Source of the DNA: Thermoleophilia bacterium
Lineage (GTDB): Bacteria > Actinomycetota > Thermoleophilia > RBG-16-64-13
DNA: 51,863 bases
Assembly (NCBI GenBank): GCA_040768135.1
Contig: JAXGNF010000008.1
Coordinates: 1-51,863 of the forward strand
Direction: 5' to 3'
The notes under the pieces are model-generated. The model did not search any database. It saw only the letters and a list, made by a program, of their open reading frames with translations, and had not been told where the DNA came from. A program made the position numbers and the translations under genes. This document shows positions 1-9,504 of the stretch, piece by piece; position 1 is the stretch's first letter; each line of letters opens with the position of its first letter.

Positions 1-637
1 AAGCCTCGGCATCGGGCCCGGTCACGAGCAGTGTCTCGAGGCCCTGGCCCTCGGTAGGGAACGGATGGTCGATGTAGGCCGAGCCTGCTTCACCGCGCGG
101 GACGGTACAAGAATCCGGCAGTACTTCGTCAACGTCCTTTCGGCCGGCTTGGGCGGCCTCGTGGATCGCTATGTCGAGGATATGCCGGCTTTCTTAGGCG
201 GGCGAGCCGGATACTATCTCGCTTCTTTGCGGGCCGTGTTAGTAGGCAAAGAGCAGCCCCTGCAGGTGCGGACCACCTGGCAAGGGGATGACCGCGACGA
301 AATCATCCCCACCTACCTGATCGCCATATGCAACGGGCGGTGGTTCGGCGGAGGCATGGATGTTGCTCCCATGGCCCTACCGGATGACGGCCGCTTCGAA
401 GTGATCACCATTACTGCTCGTTCCAAGGCATACCTGGCCCGTCGAGTCCGTGGCGTGTATACCGGTCGCCATCTGCAGGAGTCGACCGTACGTCACTTTC
501 CCTGCGAACGAATCGAGTTGCGACTCGCCGACGAAGCTGCGGAGCGCCGCTTTCTTCTAGACGTCGACGGCGAAGCGTTGGGCTCACTGCCACTGACCGT
601 GGAGGTCATCCCCCGGGCACTGCGGGTACGCGCGTAG
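1..637 (+). CDS. Diacylglycerol kinase family (YegS/DgkB-like) lipid kinase, 5'-truncated by the window edge
   Basis: Frame is open from position 2. Motifs YFVNV..AG, NGRWFGGG, P..A.PDDG and VDGE are typical of the DAGK C-terminal half. Confidence 0.85.
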   Translation, partial: SLGIGPGHEQCLEALALGRERMVDVGRACFTARDGTRIRQYFVNVLSAGLGGLVDRYVEDMPAFLGGRAGYYLASLRAVLVGKEQPLQVRTTWQGDDRDEIIPTYLIAICNGRWFGGGMDVAPMALPDDGRFEVITITARSKAYLARRVRGVYTGRHLQESTVRHFPCERIELRLADEAAERRFLLDVDGEALGSLPLTVEVIPRALRVRA

Positions 638-640
638 GTC

Positions 641-1579
641 CTATACGCCGCAGACCCTGGTCCCCAGGTAATGCACCGCGTGATAGACGGCGAATGCCCC
701 GCGCGCGCAGGCAGTAACGACCTGCTTCAGTTCGTAATCAGACACGTCGCCGGCGGCATATAATCCCGGACGTGAAGTCAGCCCGTTACGATCGACCTTC
801 ACGAAACCCAGATCGTCAACCTCGCACAGATCAGCCACAAGCCCGCTCTGGGCGTCAGTTCCTACAAACTCGAACACTCCGTCGACCGCAAGCAACTTCT
901 CACTGCCATCCGTCTTCGAGCGTAGTTTCACGCCGGTCACTTTGCCTCCGTCACCCACTATCTCGTCGGCTACGTAAGAAAGATGCATGGTGATCTGCGG
1001 ATGGAAGAAACACTGTTCCTGAAGACATGGCGTAGCCCGCAGTTCGTCCCGCCGGTGGATAAGATGGACCTCCCGAGCGATCTTGGCAAGATAGAGGGCC
1101 TCTTGTGTGGCCGAGTCGCCTCCCCCGATGACAGCGACTGCTTTGTCCCGGTAGAGAGGACCATCGCACGTGGCACACCACGATATGCCTCTACCGGCAA
1201 ACTCAGCCTCCCCGGGAATCCCCAGTTTCTTGGGAATCGCCCCAGTGGCGAGAATGACCACACGCGCATCCACTTCTTCTCCGCCGACGCTGAGCACGAA
1301 GTCGCATTCATTGGGGCGGATGGCTTCAACGGGCGAGAGGATGCGGAACTCAGCCCCGGCCTCCTGAGCCTGCTTATACATCAAGTCGGCCAGTTCTTGA
1401 CCGGAAACCCCTTCGGGGAAGCCGGGATAGTTCTCCACCCATGAAGCGGACACGATCTGTCCACCCGGCAACCCGGTCTCGAACACTACCGTCCGAGCCC
1501 TCGCTCGGGCCCCGTAGATCGCCGCGGTGAGCCCCGCCGGTCCACCGCCTACGATCGCAATATCGATGACATCGGCCAC
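641..1579 (-). CDS. trxB: Thioredoxin-disulfide reductase
   Basis: GGGPAG FAD motif, VENYPGF, redox CATC, GGGDSA NADPH motif, GLYAAGD; GGGAGG RBS upstream of GTG. Confidence 0.93.
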   Translation of the reverse strand: MADVIDIAIVGGGPAGLTAAIYGARARARTVVFETGLPGGQIVSASWVENYPGFPEGVSGQELADLMYKQAQEAGAEFRILSPVEAIRPNECDFVLSVGGEEVDARVVILATGAIPKKLGIPGEAEFAGRGISWCATCDGPLYRDKAVAVIGGGDSATQEALYLAKIAREVHLIHRRDELRATPCLQEQCFFHPQITMHLSYVADEIVGDGGKVTGVKLRSKTDGSEKLLAVDGVFEFVGTDAQSGLVADLCEVDDLGFVKVDRNGLTSRPGLYAAGDVSDYELKQVVTACARGAFAVYHAVHYLGTRVCGV

Positions 1580-1658
1580 GCCGTCCTCCCTTTTTCTACT
1601 CCCTCACTTCGGCCGTTCGAGTCAAAGCCGCAGTTATTATCGCCCACTCTGCGCGGAT

Positions 1659-2426
1659 CTACCGAGAGGTAAGCCGTACTCCGCGCAACTCTACTGCTTT
1701 GTCTGATACGTTGATGGTCAGAACAAACGGTCCGCGCGGAACGGCGTTCGCCAAAATGGAGCTCACCATCCCATCTGTCGCCTTGAGCCGGGCCCAATAT
1801 CCTTGGGATCCCAGGACGACACCCTCATAGGTGCCCGCCATGATATCTTCCCCGACCAAATAGATCCCATCCCCGTACACAGTGGTGACGCCGCCGGTGT
1901 TCGTGGCGCCCCCGGTGGTCCGGTCGCTGCCGGTGGTCGTGGGGGACGGCTGCACCGGATCTCCATTCTCTCCGGCTTCGATCTGTGCCTTCAGGCCCAG
2001 GTTCTCTCGATAGTAGCTCCAGTTGCGCTCCTCGGCATTAGACAGAGCCCTTTTCACCACTCCCAGCTCCTCGCGTACGCGATCCAACTCGGCGGCGGTG
2101 CCGTTGTTCTGCGAGCGGACGACGGCAACCCCCAACGCTGCACCTACCGCCATGAGCACCACCGCGCCCGCGACCCAGGCCGCGAGAAGCGTCACCCGCT
2201 GACGTCTGCGAAAAAAGCGCCGCGGGCCGTGGGAGGACTTTGAGCGTTCGGGCCCACCTAAGCCTTGCGCCTCGGTCGCCTCCCGCTCGGGGGGCTGCGC
2301 AGACGTGGCTTCGTTATGCCCGGTTTTGCCTTCGGAATCCGACGTGACCGCAGACACTCCGCCTGTATACGGCCCTGCCATCTGCCCGCTCGGTCGCGGT
2401 GAGGAGCCAATATCCCACTCGTCCAT
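1659..2426 (-). CDS. Hypothetical membrane-anchored protein (TM helix, coiled coil, Thr/Gly linker, C-terminal GDGIYLVGEDI..GTY domain)
   Basis: Lies within ORF 1659..2840. The ATG at 2426 follows a TGC-GATAAT extended -10 by 7 nt; alternative starts are 2381 and 2357. The C-terminal motif resembles actinobacterial secreted/lipoprotein domains. Confidence 0.6.
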   Translation of the reverse strand: MDEWDIGSSPRPSGQMAGPYTGGVSAVTSDSEGKTGHNEATSAQPPEREATEAQGLGGPERSKSSHGPRRFFRRRQRVTLLAAWVAGAVVLMAVGAALGVAVVRSQNNGTAAELDRVREELGVVKRALSNAEERNWSYYRENLGLKAQIEAGENGDPVQPSPTTTGSDRTTGGATNTGGVTTVYGDGIYLVGEDIMAGTYEGVVLGSQGYWARLKATDGMVSSILANAVPRGPFVLTINVSDKAVELRGVRLTSR

Positions 2427-2447
2427 AGCAAGTATTATCGCACCGGT

Positions 2448-2951
2448 ATGAAACGCTCGGGCCGCGCATGGATCTTGTTGCCTGTGATCATCGTACTCAT
2501 TGCGGTGACCGGTATTCTCGTGTCGAATTACCAGAAAGAAGTGGGCATCGCCCGGCCCGGCAAGGGAGGAGTGGCCGCCGCGTACGCTGCGATCACGGCG
2601 TTTGACTGCTCGGACGGATCCGGCTCCTCCGGCTACCAGGAGTTCAACGAAGCCCTCCTCGCCGCGCTGGTAGCCCGGAAGAACGCCCCCTTGACGAACC
2701 CGGCCGACACCAGACTCGACAACCTCTTGGCCCGGGTGTTGGACTGCCTCATGGCATTGCGAGAAGCCTGGCAGGCCGAGATCGACCATTCTTGGAGTCC
2801 GGACACGCACGGAACGGCCGCCTACTGGAACACCACTCATCCAGCCCTGCGTGTGAGCGCAGACTCCACCCTGACCACGGCCGGAATCCGCAGTCTCTGC
2901 CGTGTGCGGGCTTCAGAGATCTTGAGGGAGGCCGTTGACCTCGTAAGCTGA
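2448..2951 (+). CDS. Hypothetical N-terminally anchored/secreted protein
   Basis: 167-aa ORF with a basic N-terminus and a hydrophobic helix, then a helical domain; no family recognised. Confidence 0.6.
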   Translation: MKRSGRAWILLPVIIVLIAVTGILVSNYQKEVGIARPGKGGVAAAYAAITAFDCSDGSGSSGYQEFNEALLAALVARKNAPLTNPADTRLDNLLARVLDCLMALREAWQAEIDHSWSPDTHGTAAYWNTTHPALRVSADSTLTTAGIRSLCRVRASEILREAVDLVS

Positions 2952-3029
2952 ATACGGGCGGCGGGATCCTCCTCATTCGTGTGTCCGCGTGGTAGAAATC
3001 TGATGCATTTCGTGACATCGTGACAAACG

Positions 3030-4226
3030 ATGACTTCCCACACATCCATGGCGAACCCCGCCCTCGGGCACCGTCTCCCTCTATATCCGACTCAATTCCT
3101 GGTCGCCATGGCGGTCGTCTCCATCGGGCCTCTGCTCAACGGGATGATGAACGATCTGGGCGTATCCCTCAGCAGGGGAGGACTCATCAGCGCCGGCCTT
3201 TATGCCGGAAATGTCACCGGCGCCATCATCCTCAACACGGCCATGGCACGGGTGCAGATCAAACGTGTGCTCCTAGTCGGTACCACCCTGCAGGGGACGG
3301 GGCTCATCGCAGCAGGAGCGATCTCCCGGAACCTCTGGTGCCTGATCGCCGCCTACTTAGTCGTGGGCTTCAGTGGGGCGCTCATGAACACTTCTTGCTG
3401 GATGTGGGTCTCTGCGCACGTCAAGAAAAACACCGCCGCCGCCGCTCTGCAGATGATCCTGTTCTTCGCTTTCGCCATGATGGTCATCCCTCTGATCTTG
3501 GGATCGGCGCTCGACCGAGGCGCCGCCTGGCGGTGGATACTCATCGCCGAGGGCGCTCTCTCGTTGGTGACAACAACGACCTTTCTGTTCCTCCCCCTGA
3601 CCGACGTGCCCGGACGCCAGAACGTGCGCCTGTCGCAGTTGAGACAAGTGGTCGCGTACGACCCAGTGCTGCTTTTCGGCATCATGGGCGCAGGGCTTAT
3701 GTACGTCGGTGCGGAGATGACCATGAACATATGGTTGCCCAAATTCCAGATCGACGTGTTCGCTTCAAGCGACACGTGGGCGGGCCTGTCGGTCACCCTC
3801 TTCTGGATAGGCCTGATCACAGGCCGGCTGCTGGTTATGAGGCTGACCCGGCGCTACTCCTCTTCGTTTCTTCTGTTGATCTGCGCAGGCACTATGGCCG
3901 TCTTCACCATCGCCGTTGCTCTGGCCCCGTCTCAGGCCGTCTCTCTCGCACTGGCGGTGGGAGCCGGTTTGGGCGCCTCGGCTTCGTATGGGCTGATCGG
4001 GAGCTATGCCGGCCGCTTCCCGGGCTGGCAGTCCAGCGTCACTTCTTCGCTTTTCATTTTGGCCGGTGGGGTGGGAAGCATCACCTTCCCGTACGTGATG
4101 GGGCCCCTAGCCAACGCCGCAGGCTTTCGAATTGCCCTCGCCATGATCGCCGCTCCTGCCGTCATCTATGCCCTGTTCGGGCTGCTCATCCGAAGGCGCA
4201 CCGGCGAAGGGGCACGTTCAGCCTAA
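3030..4226 (+). CDS. MFS transporter (12 TM, TsgA/FucP-like)
   Basis: About 12 hydrophobic helices; YVGAE..W and FW.G...GR motifs. Confidence 0.85.
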   Translation: MTSHTSMANPALGHRLPLYPTQFLVAMAVVSIGPLLNGMMNDLGVSLSRGGLISAGLYAGNVTGAIILNTAMARVQIKRVLLVGTTLQGTGLIAAGAISRNLWCLIAAYLVVGFSGALMNTSCWMWVSAHVKKNTAAAALQMILFFAFAMMVIPLILGSALDRGAAWRWILIAEGALSLVTTTTFLFLPLTDVPGRQNVRLSQLRQVVAYDPVLLFGIMGAGLMYVGAEMTMNIWLPKFQIDVFASSDTWAGLSVTLFWIGLITGRLLVMRLTRRYSSSFLLLICAGTMAVFTIAVALAPSQAVSLALAVGAGLGASASYGLIGSYAGRFPGWQSSVTSSLFILAGGVGSITFPYVMGPLANAAGFRIALAMIAAPAVIYALFGLLIRRRTGEGARSA

Positions 4227-4325
4227 CCCCATCGTACTCCTGCAGCCTTCGGCTTCCCGCCGTACGCCGCACATTGGTAAAATCCCTCGGTCGTCTATCG
4301 CCGCCGACCGAGGGAGGGCCGGTCT

Positions 4326-4781
4326 GTGTTTGCCGTCGAGACATCTCAAATGGTTTCGGTACTGCAAACCGCAATCAGCCCAGTGGTGCTGATCTCAGGC
4401 GTGGGACTACTCCTGCTCACCATGACAAACCGTTTGGGGAGGATCGTAGACCGGGCGCGCTCTCTCGCCCTTCGCCTGCGCGGTGCGGACGGGGAGGACC
4501 GAGAGCCGATCCACGCCCAACTCCACATCCTCGCCCAAAGGGCGCGTCTGGTACGCAGGTCTATCGCTTTGGCCTCGTTCTGCGTCCTCTTCGCGTCGCT
4601 GCTGGTGATATCGCTATTCATCACCTCTTTGGCGGGAGCGGAGATCCCGTGGCTGGTGGCCGGCCTCTTCATTCTGAGCCTGCTCAGCTTGATCGCCTCG
4701 CTGGTGGAGTTCATCCGTGACGTGAACCGGTCGCTCGAAGCGACTGCTCTCGAGGTGGGCACCGACTGGCACAAGGAGTAG
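4326..4781 (+). CDS. DUF2721 family membrane protein
   Basis: AISPVVLISGVGLLLLTMTNRLGRIVDRAR signature; start may be ATG 4350. Confidence 0.8.
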   Translation: MFAVETSQMVSVLQTAISPVVLISGVGLLLLTMTNRLGRIVDRARSLALRLRGADGEDREPIHAQLHILAQRARLVRRSIALASFCVLFASLLVISLFITSLAGAEIPWLVAGLFILSLLSLIASLVEFIRDVNRSLEATALEVGTDWHKE

Positions 4782-4905
4782 GGTCGATACGTACCGACTA
4801 CGTCGTCGGGCGACTGAGCTAGTCCGTGTCAACTGCGTGGTTGTGCACCGTACGAGCTGATCCGTCCCTCCTCGCCGGACGACGTTTTGCGCTATCCTCG
4901 CCACC

Positions 4906-5451
4906 ATGGACTTCTCGCGCATCGACACCATGGACGCCGGCGAGTTGCGGACCTATCTTGAGTTTCTGCTCCGGCACTACCGGGTGGTCGACTCCTTCTG
5001 GTTCCTCTACATGGCCGAGGACTACGGCCAGTCCGCCGCAGAACGGTTGAACGAACGGGTCTGGGCCCGCGTGTCGGGCCTGGGCGCACGGGATCTGGTG
5101 AGTCGGTTCAATATCACCGAGAAAGGCTTGGAGGGCTTTCTCAAAGTCCTTCGCCTCTATCCCTGGACTATTCTGATCGAGCACCAGATCGAAGAGTCGC
5201 CCGATGAGATCGTTATCTCGATTCCTTGTTGCGCCACCCAGGAGGCCCGCCGGACCCGAGGACTACCCGAATACGAGTGCAGAGAGATGCACCAGCGTGA
5301 TCTCGAAGGCTTAGCCGGACAGGTCGATCCGCGCATTCGCGTGTACTGCGATTTTGCCCCACCAGGCGAGCGGCCCGCAGGTTACGATTGTCGCTGGCGG
5401 ATCAGGATGGACGCAGACGACGAGCCCGGCCAAGACAAGTCGTCGGCCTAG
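4906..5451 (+). CDS. DUF6125-like protein
   Basis: VDSFWFL, C..QEARR..GLPEY.C..MH, C.FAPP and CRW pattern. Confidence 0.65.
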   Translation: MDFSRIDTMDAGELRTYLEFLLRHYRVVDSFWFLYMAEDYGQSAAERLNERVWARVSGLGARDLVSRFNITEKGLEGFLKVLRLYPWTILIEHQIEESPDEIVISIPCCATQEARRTRGLPEYECREMHQRDLEGLAGQVDPRIRVYCDFAPPGERPAGYDCRWRIRMDADDEPGQDKSSA

Positions 5452-5870
5452 CCGCGCCGTGGCCGACGGCCACCGCCTTTGAGCATGATTATGTGAGCCG
5501 TCACCCCGACGGCAATCAGCAGCAGAAGCGCCCGCAGCCACCACGCATCCACTGCAAACGCGACGGTGCTTCCCATCACCCCCCAAAGGAACGTCAGAGT
5601 GAGCGCTTTGACTCTCCAAGGGATGCCTCGGCCATGCAGGTAGTCGTCAAGGTAGCGACCGAATAGCCGATTAGTCAGCAACCACCGGTAGTAGCGGTCG
5701 GAGCTTCGCGCATAACAAAGTGCGCTGAGAATCAGAAACGGTGTAGTCGGAAGCACCGGGACCACGACCCCCACTATCCCCACTCCAAGAAACAGCGACC
5801 CAGCAACAAAAAGAAGTGTCCTTCGAATCCGGCCGCCGGGTCTAGGTCGAACTGACGTTTCAGCATCCAT
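5448..5870 (-). CDS. ybaN: YbaN/DUF454 family inner membrane protein
   Basis: G.VG.VVPVLPTTPFLILSA.CYARSS signature. Confidence 0.88.
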   Translation of the reverse strand: MDAETSVRPRPGGRIRRTLLFVAGSLFLGVGIVGVVVPVLPTTPFLILSALCYARSSDRYYRWLLTNRLFGRYLDDYLHGRGIPWRVKALTLTFLWGVMGSTVAFAVDAWWLRALLLLIAVGVTAHIIMLKGGGRRPRRG

Positions 5871-6015
5871 TGCCGTACGTTAGCAGAAGGTTGCTAACAC
5901 CAGCCAGGCAGCCCCACCGACAATGTGCCCAATCTGTGGGCGCCTCGCGGATTGTACGAATGCCCCTATGGGTAGAATGCGTCCAGGGCCGGAACACGGA
6001 TGAAAGGGGGTCACC

Positions 6016-6477
6016 GTGCTGACCGAGGCTGACGATTTGCGGGAATTCAAGATCTTCGAGGAGCTGAACGAGCGGGAGCTCGAGACTGTAGCCGCGATTG
6101 CCAAGACTGAGGAGCTGGGAAAGGGTGCCCGCCTCACCCGTGCAGGCTCACCGGCCTCGAATCTGTACCTTGTGAAGAGCGGCCGTGTGACAATCATGAG
6201 CACAGACCCGGGTGGCAAAGAGGTGGCGGTCGACGAAGTGGGTCCGGGACAGGTCGTGGGCTGGTCGGCCTTGACAGGTCCGTACATCTACACAGCCACG
6301 ACTATGACCGCTGAGAAGTCGACGATCGTCGTTATCAGCGGCACCAAACTCCGCCGAATATTCGAGATCAACAACCACATCGGTTATCGGGTGCTGAAGG
6401 GCATCGGATACGTGGTTTCCCGCCGATTGTCGGGTATGGAAGGCAAGATGGCGGTCGGCAACCATCCGTCGGACTAG
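6016..6477 (+). CDS. Stand-alone cyclic nucleotide-binding domain protein (no HTH)
   Basis: F..L...EL, LYLVKSGRV and GPGQVVGWSAL cNMP-binding fold; 153 aa. Confidence 0.8.
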   Translation: MLTEADDLREFKIFEELNERELETVAAIAKTEELGKGARLTRAGSPASNLYLVKSGRVTIMSTDPGGKEVAVDEVGPGQVVGWSALTGPYIYTATTMTAEKSTIVVISGTKLRRIFEINNHIGYRVLKGIGYVVSRRLSGMEGKMAVGNHPSD

Positions 6478-7844
6478 GTAGAAGAGCGCCACCGACCAGA
6501 CGACTGACTGTGTAACCCGTCTCCGCTATGAGCCGCGGAGCCTGCGTCGCTCCCCAAATACGTAGCCACGGCCTCGGCCAGGGTGCGGAAGATCCAGGCG
6601 CGCTTGGCATCGTCGCTCTCAAGAAGCGTGAACCTGAAGCCCGGATGCGGAGTGTAGAAGCCTGTCAACGGGACTACACAGATCCCGGTCGAGCCCAGAA
6701 GGTGGTAGACAAAACGCCAGTCAGGAGCGACGCCCGTCGACTGCCGTTGGACCAACTCCCGCAGGTGGCGATCCTCTATGGGTAGATGGTTCTCGCGATC
6801 TAAGGCTCCGTGCTCGAAGAACACGGTCGTGTAGAAGGCGCCCTGTGCACGATGAACCTTGATCCCAGGTATGGATCCCAGAGCTACGTACGCCTCCTGC
6901 GCCCGCTCGGCGTACATCTGTGCACGTGTAGCCAGGTGTCCTGAGTACCGCGGGTCTCCGAATATGCGGGGCACCGCCAGCTGTGGTCCGCTCGTGGAGC
7001 ATACTTCTAGACGTTTCGCCGCCAAGACTGAATCGACATACGAAGAGAAGTTCTGGTCACGCGACCGGTTAAGCACCTCGATCCAACCACATCGCGAGCC
7101 CGGCCACGGCAGTTCCTTGGATATACCGCGCATGACTATGGCCGGTACGTCGGAAGCCACCTCCGATAGATGAGCCGTGTCTTCTCCCGGATAAATCATG
7201 TGTATGTAGATTTCGTCTGCAACCAAGAACAGGCCGAACTCTCGGGCCAGAGCCACTATCTGCTCCAACAAATCCACCGGATACACGGCACCGGTAGGGT
7301 TGTTTGGGTTGATGATCAGGATTCCCGCGATAGAGGGGTTCTTCTCGATCTTACGTCTGAGGTCGGCCACGTCGGGCAGCCAACCGTTATAGGGATCAAG
7401 ATCATAGGTGAGATGCGGAAGAGCACAATGCGCCGACTCGGCAGAAGAATGGGTGCTGTAGGCGGGAGAGGGACCGATGACCCGCGCATGTGGACTCAGG
7501 AACCCATAGACTTTCGCCACCGCGTCGGCTACACCGTTGAAGAAGACGATATCTGCAGCCGAGATCCGTGCGCCTCCCCGGGCGTTGACATGCGCAGCCA
7601 AGGCCTCGCGCGCTTCTAAGAAGCCTTCGGTGGGACAGTAGCCCCACGACTCGTCGAGATCGATCACTCCGTGCAGGATCTCCCGGATCCAAGGAGCAAC
7701 TACTTCTCCTTTGGCGATAGGATCGCCGATGTTCTCCCAGGTAATGTCGACCCCATGCTGACGCACCAGATCGCCGAACTTGACGATGTCGCGAATGGCG
7801 TACGAAAGGTGCGCCGACGAGGGGCTAACTAAGTTCGCCCTCAT
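6474..7844 (-). CDS. PLP-dependent aminotransferase class I/II (AlaA-like)
   Basis: ENIGDP, INPNNPTG, ADEIY, GISK..PWPGSRCGW (PLP lysine). Confidence 0.88.
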   Translation of the reverse strand: MRANLVSPSSAHLSYAIRDIVKFGDLVRQHGVDITWENIGDPIAKGEVVAPWIREILHGVIDLDESWGYCPTEGFLEAREALAAHVNARGGARISAADIVFFNGVADAVAKVYGFLSPHARVIGPSPAYSTHSSAESAHCALPHLTYDLDPYNGWLPDVADLRRKIEKNPSIAGILIINPNNPTGAVYPVDLLEQIVALAREFGLFLVADEIYIHMIYPGEDTAHLSEVASDVPAIVMRGISKELPWPGSRCGWIEVLNRSRDQNFSSYVDSVLAAKRLEVCSTSGPQLAVPRIFGDPRYSGHLATRAQMYAERAQEAYVALGSIPGIKVHRAQGAFYTTVFFEHGALDRENHLPIEDRHLRELVQRQSTGVAPDWRFVYHLLGSTGICVVPLTGFYTPHPGFRFTLLESDDAKRAWIFRTLAEAVATYLGSDAGSAAHSGDGLHSQSSGRWRSST

Positions 7845-7953
7845 TGAGTCTCCCAATCACTCCACTAGAAGGACCGCAGTATACAGCACGCTCAGAAGCA
7901 CGACGGCAGGACCACTCGTGATGTATACCCTCCGACTGGTACGCTGTAGCCTC

Positions 7954-9366
7954 ATGGAACGTAGGACACAGAGCATCATCCTCTTCGCCACGTCGTTTGC
8001 AGGTTTCAACGCCACCTTCATGGCGTCGTCTATCAACATCGCGCTGCCGCTCATAGAAGCGGAGTTCCGCGTCTCCGCGGTAACTCTTGGTTGGCTGTCG
8101 ACCGCATATGTGCTGGCCACCGGGGCGGTGCTTATGACGGTGGGACGCATAGCCGATCTCTACGGCCGCACCCGGGTCTTTCTGATAGGTCTGGTGGCGT
8201 TCACGATCCTCTCGTTCGCCTCCGCACTGGCCCCCAGCGAAAGTGTCCTACTCCTACTGCGTGCGCTCCAAGGCCTATCGGCTGCTCTGCTCTTTTCCAC
8301 CAACATGGCCATAATCACCCTCTCTCAACCCCCGGAGACCAGAGGGCGAGCCCTCGGCCTCATGGTGGCCGGGGTCTACCTGGGGACAACCACCGGGCCA
8401 TTGCTCGGAGGCATCATCGCAGGCAATGCCGGGTGGAGAATGCTGTTCGTGGCGGCCGGCGTGATGAGCGTCTTCAATTCCGCCCTCTCGTTCTGGAAAC
8501 TCCGCAGATTCGAATGGCGTGAACCAAAAACAGCACGTTTTGATGTGATTGGCTCGGTCCTTTGGGCGATCGCTTTCTCCGCTCTGCTGCTCGGGTTCAC
8601 ATACATCCCCAGCGCGACCGGGGTGATCCTCATGCCGGCAAGCCTGCTGGGACTGGCACTGTTCTTCTGGTGGGAGGCACGGGCGGACGATCCCTTGCTG
8701 AGCCTCGACCTCTTCCGACGTAACCGAGTCTTCGCCTTTTCCAACGGAGCTGCCATGATCAATTATGCGGCCACGTACGCCATGGCGTTCCTCATGAGCC
8801 TCTATTTGCAGTACACACGCGGGCTGGACCCCCAAGCGGCCGGCCTCGTGTTGGTGCCGGGCCTGCTTGTGCAAACCGGGTTATCCATAGTGGCCGGTCG
8901 TCTTGCCGACCGGCTCCCGGGTCGATCACTGGCTTCTGTGGGCATGAGCCTTACGGTATTCGGTTTGTTCGCGTTCGCGTTCCTCGGTGAAACCACCCCT
9001 TACTGGTACATCTTCAGTGTGCTCGCGCTGCTCGGGGTGGGCTTCGCGCTCTTCGCATCCCCGATCACCCACACGATCATGGGCAGTGTAGATAGGCGCC
9101 ATGTGGGAACCGCCTCGGCCACCCTGGCTACCATGCGCGTGACCGGACAGAGCCTGAGCATGGGTTTGGCGACCTTCGTACTGGCCCTCGTCGTAGGACG
9201 GCACGAGATCGAGCCTGTTGACTACCCCAATTTCTTGATCAGCGCCCGAGTCAGCTTCGCCCTCTTCGCGGCACTATGTGTTTTGGGAGTGGCAGCTTCG
9301 CTCGTACGACCTCGTAGGCCGGCGCGAGAAAGAGTGACGCCGCCCAAGGTCTCCGACACCAAATAG
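7954..9366 (+). CDS. MFS drug:H+ antiporter (DHA2/EmrB-like, 14 TM)
   Basis: S.INIALP, GRIADLYGR, RALQG, RGRALG, GPLLGG motifs; ATG 7954 preceded by TACGCT -10. Confidence 0.88.
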   Translation: MERRTQSIILFATSFAGFNATFMASSINIALPLIEAEFRVSAVTLGWLSTAYVLATGAVLMTVGRIADLYGRTRVFLIGLVAFTILSFASALAPSESVLLLLRALQGLSAALLFSTNMAIITLSQPPETRGRALGLMVAGVYLGTTTGPLLGGIIAGNAGWRMLFVAAGVMSVFNSALSFWKLRRFEWREPKTARFDVIGSVLWAIAFSALLLGFTYIPSATGVILMPASLLGLALFFWWEARADDPLLSLDLFRRNRVFAFSNGAAMINYAATYAMAFLMSLYLQYTRGLDPQAAGLVLVPGLLVQTGLSIVAGRLADRLPGRSLASVGMSLTVFGLFAFAFLGETTPYWYIFSVLALLGVGFALFASPITHTIMGSVDRRHVGTASATLATMRVTGQSLSMGLATFVLALVVGRHEIEPVDYPNFLISARVSFALFAALCVLGVAASLVRPRRPARERVTPPKVSDTK

Positions 9367-9504
9367 GGGACCTCTACGCACACAGCCCGTTTCGCACTCG
9401 ATGGTTGCTTCACCTACCACGGGGCCGGCGTCCATAGCCGCGATCCTCCCGATCACAACACGGTGTACTATGGCAGTAGCGCCACTAACTGAGAAGGAGG
9501 AGTC

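Noticed and set aside
3020-4720. 566-aa ORF overlapping the MFS and DUF2721 genes
   Set aside because: Arg/His/Pro-rich off-frame shadow typical of high-GC DNA; the overlapping frames encode recognisable families.
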